A DNA stretch of 64,000 bases from Candidatus Eiseniibacteriota bacterium (lineage in GTDB: Bacteria > Eisenbacteria > RBG-16-71-46 > SZUA-252), in contig OY969801.1 of NCBI GenBank assembly GCA_963703225.1, positions 2,176,001-2,240,000 on the forward strand, given 5' to 3'. The position numbers and the translations under genes were made by a program. A model generated the notes under the pieces. It made no database searches. It worked only from the letters and a program-made list of their open reading frames with translations, and was not told the origin of the DNA. Shown in pieces: positions 57,982 to 64,000 of the stretch (the first letter of the stretch is position 1; every line of letters starts with the position of its first letter).

Positions 57982-58560
57982 CTACCCGAGCGTCTTCAGG
58001 ACGAGCTTACACGCAAGCTTGAGTGTGTCGAACACCCCGGTCCCCCGAAGCGCCACCGCCTCGTAGAACGGGACTCCCTTCGGGTTCAGCTCCTTCTCCA
58101 TGTCGGGGATCGACACGACGCGCGGCAGGTCCCGCTTGTTGTACTGGATCACGAGCGGAACCCTTTCGGCGGACAGGCCGTGCTCCGAGAGATTGTCCTG
58201 CATGTTCACGAGACTCTCGATGTTCGCGTCAAACCGATCGATCTGGGAGTCGGCCACGAAGACGATCCCGTCGACGCCCTTCAAGATCAGCTTTCGGCTC
58301 GCGTTGTAGTAGACCTGGCCGGGAACCGTGTAGAGGTGAAATCGCGTCCGAAAACCCCGGATCTGCCCCAGCTCGAGCGGGAGGAAGTCGAAGAAAAGCG
58401 TCCGGTCCATCTCGGTCGCGAGAGAGATCATCTTCCCGCGCGTATCTTGTGGAACCCTGGAATAGATGTGCTGGAGGTTGGTGGTCTTTCCGCAAAGGCC
58501 GGGACCGTAGTAGACGATCTTGCAGTTGATCTCGCGGGACGAGTAGTTGATGAGCGACAC
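57982..58560 (-). CDS. mglA: MglA small GTPase
   Basis: [38 protein letters not shown]. Confidence 0.95.
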   Translation of the reverse strand: MSLINYSSREINCKIVYYGPGLCGKTTNLQHIYSRVPQDTRGKMISLATEMDRTLFFDFLPLELGQIRGFRTRFHLYTVPGQVYYNASRKLILKGVDGIVFVADSQIDRFDANIESLVNMQDNLSEHGLSAERVPLVIQYNKRDLPRVVSIPDMEKELNPKGVPFYEAVALRGTGVFDTLKLACKLVLKTLG

Positions 58561-58574
58561 GAAGCCCTCGGGCC

Positions 58575-59078
58575 TTATTCCTTGAAGAGGCTATCGATCT
58601 CGCTCTCGGCCTCGGCCGCGAAGTCCGCTCCGAGAGTCGTCGCGGCGACATCCTCGTTCTGGTACTGGAGCTTGTTGAACAGCTTGTTCAGCACAGCGGT
58701 CAGCTCGTCCCCCGCCCTCCGCGCCTTCAACCGCACCAGCCCCAGCGAGGTTTTCTTGTCGAAGAGCACGACCAGGATGACCCGATTCGCAATCATCGAG
58801 AGATAGAGGCTCTCGTCCTGGCCCTGGTGGACCAGGGTTGCGAAGTCCTTCTCGCCGACCATCTTTGCCAGCTCCGCGTTGGCCCCGAAGTCGGCCGCGG
58901 CGAGGGAGGAGAATGAGGTGACGTCGAACCCGGGCGGCTCACCGAGCGAGTTGATGAGCTGACCCGTCTTGTCGATCAACATCACACTGCGGGCGGTGGA
59001 GCTTCGCATCAACGTCTGGAGGATGGAATTAATCGACCAGAAGTCTTCCTCGAAGAGCGCCCAATTTCCCTTGACCAT
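58575..59078 (-). CDS. mglB: MglB roadblock/LC7 protein (GAP for MglA)
   Basis: [30 protein letters not shown]. Confidence 0.92.
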   Translation of the reverse strand: MVKGNWALFEEDFWSINSILQTLMRSSTARSVMLIDKTGQLINSLGEPPGFDVTSFSSLAAADFGANAELAKMVGEKDFATLVHQGQDESLYLSMIANRVILVVLFDKKTSLGLVRLKARRAGDELTAVLNKLFNKLQYQNEDVAATTLGADFAAEAESEIDSLFKE

Positions 59079-59260
59079 AGGTCCTCGGCTCCCTGGACAC
59101 TTAGGCCATGCGGCGCTGCGGCCGACCCTGGCGCACGCGAGATTAGGGGTGTCCTGCCCTAGCCCCGCGTCACGACGACGGCGAGACCGATATCCCCTAC
59201 ACCCACGACTGATCCGCGCGGGGTAGCCCCGCGCGGGGCTCCCTCAAGGAATTTTGCCGA

Positions 59261-59288
59261 AACCTAGCACGATCCCCCTGACCGTCAA
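59261..59288 (-). promoter_or_regulatory. Putative sigma70 promoter of mglBA
   Basis: TTGACG-N16-TAGGTT with extended TG. Confidence 0.45.
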
Positions 59289-59313
59289 GGAGAAAGTGCC
59301 GAAAGTGGCGAAT

Positions 59314-59916
59314 TTATATCTCCTTGCGGCCGCTCAGAGCCCGGGCAAGGGTGACCTGGTCGGAGAACTCGAGGTCGGAGCCCATCGGAACCCCGCGCGC
59401 GATCCGCGTAATCTTGAGCTTCGGCTCTGATTGGAGGATGCGGGCGATGTAGAGCGCGGTCGCCTCTCCCTGCGCGGTCGGATTGGTGGCGACGATCACC
59501 TCCGCCACTCCCTCGGCGCGGACCCGCGCGACCAACTCTTTAAGCCGAAGCTGGTCGGGCCCGATCCCGTCGACGGGTGAGAGGGCGCCCTTCAGGACGT
59601 GGTAGCGCCCTTTGAATTCCCCGGTCCGCTCGAGCGCCAGAACGTCCATCGGCTGCTCGACGACGCAGAGGAGGGATGCGTCGCGGCGGGTGTCGGCGCA
59701 AAGCGCGCAGGGATCGGTTTCCGTCACGTTGCCGCAGATGGCGCAGTCGTGGACGTTGGCCTTGAGGTCGACGATCGCGGAGGCGAGCCGCTTGGAATCG
59801 ACCTCGGGAGAGCGGAGCAGGTGGAACGCGATCCGCTGGGCCGATTTTCTCCCGACGCCAGGAAGGCGGGTCAGCTCCCCGATGAGGGCCTCGAGAAGAG
59901 CGCTCGAGAACTGCAT
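59314..59916 (-). CDS. recR: Recombination mediator RecR
   Basis: LPGVGRKSAQR, C4 zinc finger, YHVL.G.LSP, Toprim ATNPT..GE. Confidence 0.97.
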   Translation of the reverse strand: MQFSSALLEALIGELTRLPGVGRKSAQRIAFHLLRSPEVDSKRLASAIVDLKANVHDCAICGNVTETDPCALCADTRRDASLLCVVEQPMDVLALERTGEFKGRYHVLKGALSPVDGIGPDQLRLKELVARVRAEGVAEVIVATNPTAQGEATALYIARILQSEPKLKITRIARGVPMGSDLEFSDQVTLARALSGRKEI

Positions 59917-59921
59917 CCGGG

Positions 59922-60233
59922 CTAGAAGAGACCCGGCGGGAGGCCCAGGCCGCCGGTGACCCGGCCCATCTCCTCTTCGACCATCCGGGTGACCTTGGTT
60001 CGGGCGTCCTTGAGCGCGGCCAGTACGAGATCCTCGAGCAGGTCGGCTTCCTCGGGGTTGACCACGGCGGGGTCGATGGCGACCGCGGTGACCTCCTGGG
60101 CGCCGTTCATGGTGACCTTCACCTTCCCGCCGCCGGAAGATCCGATCAACTCGCGGGTCTTCAGCTCCGCCTGCACCTCAGCCATCTTGGCTTGAAGCGC
60201 CTGCGCCTGCTTCATCATCTGCTGGATGTTCAT
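59922..60233 (-). CDS. YbaB/EbfC nucleoid-associated protein
   Basis: MMKQAQ, SGGG.V.V, LEDLVLAA; lies between dnaX and recR. Confidence 0.93.
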   Translation of the reverse strand: MNIQQMMKQAQALQAKMAEVQAELKTRELIGSSGGGKVKVTMNGAQEVTAVAIDPAVVNPEEADLLEDLVLAALKDARTKVTRMVEEEMGRVTGGLGLPPGLF

Positions 60234-61975
60234 GACGCTCCACTCCCCTGCGGGCCGGGCTTCAAGATCTCCCCGTCAAAGAGCTCCACGATTCGCTGCA
60301 CCAGGGCGTCGGGGCCCTCCGTGGGGTCGCCCCCCTCTTCGTCGTCGATGTCGGCCGGCACGGCGGCGGGCCGCACCCTGAAACCCTCGCCCGAGACCGC
60401 CTGGTCGCTGCTCACGCAGAGGAGGGTGGTGCCCTGCCCATAGAGCCGCTCGAATTCCTGATTCAGGATCTCACGATTCTCCTTCATCTCGAGCATGGCC
60501 CGATGAAACGCGTGCTCCGGCGCAAGGGCTACCCGCACGTTCGATCCCGCGAGGCCGAGGAAGAGCCCCTCCTCCAGGCAGGTGCCGAGAAGGAGCTTTC
60601 GCTCTTTCACCCGATCGACGGCTTGCCGCCATCGCACGACCGCGTCCCCATCGGTCGCGGGCTCGATGGTCGCCTGGGCACGCTCGGCTCGAGGTGGGGG
60701 CTCCTCCGACGCGGGTCGGGGAACCGGCCGAGGCGCCGGCGCTGGAGGCGCAGGCGTGGGCTGCCGGGGTGAAGCCGTCGCGCGGCCCGGCGTCGGCGGC
60801 GGGGCCGTCCCGACGGGCGCTCCGCCGAGCCGCTGCTCGAGCGCTTCGAGCCGGCCGATCAGCTCCCCCACGTCGCTCGCGCTGGGGAGCGTGCAAAGCT
60901 CGACCAAACAGACCTCGATGAGAACCCGCGGCGCCTCCGCGCGGCGGAGCTGCCCGCGGCTCTCCAGTAGGAGCGAAAGCATCGCGCTCAGGTCGGTCGA
61001 GCGAAAGCGGGGTGCCTGGGCGGCGTAGCGGTCGCGATCCGCCGGAGCAGCCTCGATCAGCTTCGTGAGCGAGGGATCGACCGCCAACAGCAAGAGCTGT
61101 CTCAGGTGATGGGTCAGCCCGTCCGCGATCTCCTCGACGTCCATTCCGCCGTCGTAGAGCCGGTCGAGCGTCTCCAGCGCCCGCTTGGCGTCGCGCCCGG
61201 CGATCGCCTCTCCCAGATCGAAGAAGGCGTCGAGCCCGCCGAGGCCGAGCGCCTGGGCGACGACCGCCGCGGTGACCCCCTCGGGCGAGACCGCGAGCGC
61301 CTGGTCGAGCCGGCTCAGCGCGTCCCGGACACTGCCCTCCGACGCCCGGCTGATCATCCCGGCCGCGTCCTCGTCCAACGGGATCCGTTCCGCCTGGGCA
61401 ATCTTCAAGAGGTGCGCCGCGATCTCCTCGGCTCGGAGCCTCCGAAACTCGAACACCTGGCACCGCGACGCAATCGTGTCGGGGACTTCGAGCGCTTCCG
61501 TCGTGGCGAAGACGAAGCGGACGTGCGCCGGCGGCTCCTCGAGCGTTTTCAGAAGCGCGTTCCAGGCGAACTCGGTGAGCTGGTGCGCCTCATCGATGAT
61601 GTAGACCTTCGACTTCCCGCCCGATGGAGCGTACTTGACGTTTTCTCGGAGGTTTCGGATCTCCTCGATGCCGCGATTGCTGGCGCCGTCGATCTCGAGG
61701 ACGTCCATCGAAGTGCCGGCCGTGATCTCGACGCAGGAGGGACACTCGTTGCAGGGCTCCGCCTCGCCTTCGCGGCGCTTGGCGCAATTGAGCGCCTTGG
61801 CGACGAGGCGTGCCGAGGTGGTCTTGCCGCTCCCTCGCGGCCCGGCGAAAAGATAGGCGTGCGCGACCCGGTTGGCGGCGACCGCTCGCTCGAGCGTGGT
61901 CCGGATTGGATCCTGCCCGACCAGGTCGGCAAAGCGCTGCGGCCTGTACTTTCGCGCGAGTGCGAGGTGGGACAC
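60230..61975 (-). CDS. dnaX: DNA polymerase III subunit gamma/tau
   Basis: LARKYRP, GPRGSGKT, IIDEAH, LLKTLEEP, SRCQ. Confidence 0.96.
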   Translation of the reverse strand: MSHLALARKYRPQRFADLVGQDPIRTTLERAVAANRVAHAYLFAGPRGSGKTTSARLVAKALNCAKRREGEAEPCNECPSCVEITAGTSMDVLEIDGASNRGIEEIRNLRENVKYAPSGGKSKVYIIDEAHQLTEFAWNALLKTLEEPPAHVRFVFATTEALEVPDTIASRCQVFEFRRLRAEEIAAHLLKIAQAERIPLDEDAAGMISRASEGSVRDALSRLDQALAVSPEGVTAAVVAQALGLGGLDAFFDLGEAIAGRDAKRALETLDRLYDGGMDVEEIADGLTHHLRQLLLLAVDPSLTKLIEAAPADRDRYAAQAPRFRSTDLSAMLSLLLESRGQLRRAEAPRVLIEVCLVELCTLPSASDVGELIGRLEALEQRLGGAPVGTAPPPTPGRATASPRQPTPAPPAPAPRPVPRPASEEPPPRAERAQATIEPATDGDAVVRWRQAVDRVKERKLLLGTCLEEGLFLGLAGSNVRVALAPEHAFHRAMLEMKENREILNQEFERLYGQGTTLLCVSSDQAVSGEGFRVRPAAVPADIDDEEGGDPTEGPDALVQRIVELFDGEILKPGPQGSGAS

Positions 61976-61999
61976 GAGGCGCTCCTAACGGGTCAGGGG

Positions 62000-62209
62000 C
62001 TGCCCCGGAGCCTGGAAGACGGCCCCCCCGCTTCTGGCTCGGGTCAGTTGGATCCGCGGCACATCGAGGCGATCACTGACCGCTGCTACCTTCCGGTCCT
62101 GACGGAGTTCGTGACTCTCGATTGCGCGGGAACTGGCCGTCAACGCCAAGCCACGAGAGGGCCAAAGTCCTGGCTCCGAGGCCTTGGGTCGGTTCCCCTA
62201 CTGGAACAG
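62000..62209 (-). ncRNA. ffs: Signal recognition particle RNA with extended helix 5 (about 210 nt)
   Basis: Helix-8 core CAGGACCGGAAGGTAGCAG; flanking arms pair out to 62000 and 62209. Confidence 0.9.
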
Positions 62210-62212
62210 TTT

Positions 62213-62288
62213 TGGTGGAGATGACCGGGATCGAACCGGTGACCTCCTCGTTGCGAACGAGGCGCTCTCCCAACTGAGCTACATCCCC
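62213..62288 (-). tRNA. tRNA-Ala(CGC)
   Basis: Anticodon arm CCTCG-TTCGCAA-CGAGG, G3:U70 pair, CCA. Confidence 0.95.
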
Positions 62289-62311
62289 ACGGCATTGGGC
62301 GACTGCGATAC

Positions 62312-62401
62312 TGGCGGAGAGAGAGGGATTCGAACCCTCGAAGCACTTTCATGCTTACACGGTTTCCAACCGTGCTCCTTCAGCCACTCGGACATCTCTC
62401 C
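62312..62401 (-). tRNA. tRNA-Ser(GGA)
   Basis: Anticodon arm CACGG-TTGGAAA-CCGTG, long variable arm, CCA. Confidence 0.95.
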
Positions 62402-62447
62402 GGGAAGCTAAGGTGCACGCGCGCTCCTTCGCGCGGTGTCCATTCAA

Positions 62448-62537
<90 letters not shown>

Positions 62538-62562
62538 GCGGGGGAGAGTACGCGATCCGGAC

Positions 62563-63048
62563 CTACTTTTCCAGGCGGTTCATGGCGCGGCGGCGACTCT
62601 GAAAGAACGCTTCCAACACCGCGCCGCACTCCTCGGCGAGCACGCCCGGCAACACCTCGGCGCGGTGGTTCAAGCGGAGGTCTTGCGGCACCATGGCGAG
62701 CGAGCCGCACGCGCCCGCCTTTGGATCGCGGGCGCCGTAGACGATCCGCGCGATCCGCGCCAGCACCGACGCGCCGGCGCACATGTGGCAGGGTTCCAGG
62801 GTGACGTAGAGGGTCGCTTCGTCCAGACGCCAGGTCTTGACCGTCTGCGCGGCCGCCCCGATCGCGAGAATCTCGGCGTGCGCCGTGGGATCCTGGGTCG
62901 ACTCGACGCGGTTATGGCCGCGACCCACGATCCGGTTATCCCACACGACCACCGCGCCCACCGGCACTTCGCCCTCGGCGGCGGCCTCCCGCGCCTCGGC
63001 GAGCGCCGCTTCCATGAAGCGCTCGTCGGACGGGGTCTGCCCGATCAC
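62563..63048 (-). CDS. tadA: tRNA adenosine(34) deaminase
   Basis: GEVPVGAV, DPTAHAEI, TLEPCHMC. Confidence 0.95.
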   Translation of the reverse strand: MIGQTPSDERFMEAALAEAREAAAEGEVPVGAVVVWDNRIVGRGHNRVESTQDPTAHAEILAIGAAAQTVKTWRLDEATLYVTLEPCHMCAGASVLARIARIVYGARDPKAGACGSLAMVPQDLRLNHRAEVLPGVLAEECGAVLEAFFQSRRRAMNRLEK

Positions 63049-63734
63049 TTTTGAGGGAATTTCTTGAACGCCAAGCGGATCAGGTCGCCCGCGACGTCCT
63101 CATAACGAGGAGGATCGGTCGCCTTCCGCGACTGGATGTATCCCGTTTCGTCGTAGGTGACGGAACCGCTGGAGACATCCACCTCCTGGGCAAAGCGCTG
63201 CTCGCGCGGGTCCTTCTCCCACGTCTTCTTGAAGGTCTTCAGGTCGAAGAGGGCGAATTGGAGGCCGACGGTCGTGTTCGACTCTCCCCGGCCGATCACG
63301 TTCACCCGAACGTTCTCCCACTCCGCGACTTTGACAAAGAGAATCGCGTCCACCTGTAAGAGCGAATCCAGCCCCTCGACCGAGGTCGAGTCGAGGGTGC
63401 CGTACTTGGCCCACCGATCGGTCAGCTTCATGGAGCGATCGAGCATGCTCCGAGACTCGAGAATCCGCTCGGTGTCCGTGGGATGAAGGAACCGGGCCCG
63501 TTCGGGGGGCACCCCCTTCAGGCGTTCGCGGATCAGATCTCCCATGATCTTGGTCGCGCCGAGATCCGCGGAGCCGTTGAGGATCGGCATGATCGCCACG
63601 CGGATCGGTGGGGCCGGCGGAGCCTGCGGGGCCTTGTCGCTTGCCTTGTCCTCCTTCGCGGCGATCGATGCGACGGCCAAAAGGGCGAGCGCGGCAAGCG
63701 CCGCGATGGAACGCGTGGACCGATGCTGGAACAT
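63045..63734 (-). CDS. Hypothetical secreted protein (possibly TolB-N/CsgG-like alpha/beta fold)
   Basis: Signal peptide; RVAIMP..N, VDAILFV.V, L.F.LFD...K..W pattern. Confidence 0.6.
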   Translation of the reverse strand: MFQHRSTRSIAALAALALLAVASIAAKEDKASDKAPQAPPAPPIRVAIMPILNGSADLGATKIMGDLIRERLKGVPPERARFLHPTDTERILESRSMLDRSMKLTDRWAKYGTLDSTSVEGLDSLLQVDAILFVKVAEWENVRVNVIGRGESNTTVGLQFALFDLKTFKKTWEKDPREQRFAQEVDVSSGSVTYDETGYIQSRKATDPPRYEDVAGDLIRLAFKKFPQK

Positions 63735-63799
63735 GATCTTCACCTCAGCGGGGCGACTCACGGCGTGGGGAATGGAGGCGGCGCTTCTGTTTGATTATG

Positions 63800-63876
63800 T
63801 GGCGCGCCCAGGAGGATTTGAACCCCCAACCTTCTGATCCGTAGTCAGACACTCTATCCAGTTGAGCTATGGGCGC
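63800..63876 (-). tRNA. tRNA-Arg(ACG)
   Basis: Anticodon arm TCTGA-CTACGGA-TCAGA, CCA. Confidence 0.95.
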
Positions 63877-63903
63877 GCGCGACTGCTTTCCCGGGACCCG
63901 AGA

Positions 63904-63995
63904 TGGCGGAGAGGAGAGGATTCGAACCTCCGGACCGGTTTTACCCGATCAACCGCTTAGCAGGCGGCTGCCTTCAGCCACTCGGCCACCTCTCC
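63904..63995 (-). tRNA. tRNA-Ser(GCT)
   Basis: Anticodon arm GCCGC-CTGCTAA-GCGGT, long variable arm, CCA. Confidence 0.95.
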
Positions 63996-64000
63996 CCAGG

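Noticed and set aside
60230..61975. Programmed -1 frameshift in dnaX
   Set aside because: No A-AAA-AAG slippery site or long A-run was seen; the Pro-rich linker is ordinary.

Overview
This is a very GC-rich bacterial chromosomal segment, almost all on the minus strand and mostly housekeeping. It carries mgtE, lipA/lpdA, SPFH-NfeD, a bacillithiol operon (methyltransferase-MBL-bshC-bshA), add, a partial complex I cluster (nuoI, ZIP, nuoB-D-F-G), ftsY-smc, selA, a liv ABC transporter, rplI-rpsR-rpsF-pth-rplY-prs, spoVG-ispE, rfbAD/gmhA, alaS-recX-recA-thpR-cinA-pgpA, mglBA, recR-ybaB-dnaX, SRP RNA, tadA and six tRNAs. Gene content suggests a diderm, possibly a Candidatus Eisenbacteria-like lineage (weak inference). 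Eight genes have single-base frameshifts that are probably assembly errors. The best novelty candidate is at 20.7-25.3 kb. There, a 101-aa secreted pro-peptide gene lies directly upstream of a TPR + AAA+ + Fis-HTH regulator that lacks GAFTGA, and both are divergent from a diguanylate cyclase. This layout resembles a peptide-signalling (RRNPP-like) cassette built on an enhancer-binding-protein scaffold. Also notable are a BY-kinase-like pseudo-ATPase fused to SPOR, a methyltransferase heading the bacillithiol operon, an intermediate-size SRP RNA with a reduced Alu-like end, a Rex/CRP-type box over the nuoB promoter and a structured prs leader. All calls come from reading motifs by eye; no searches were run.
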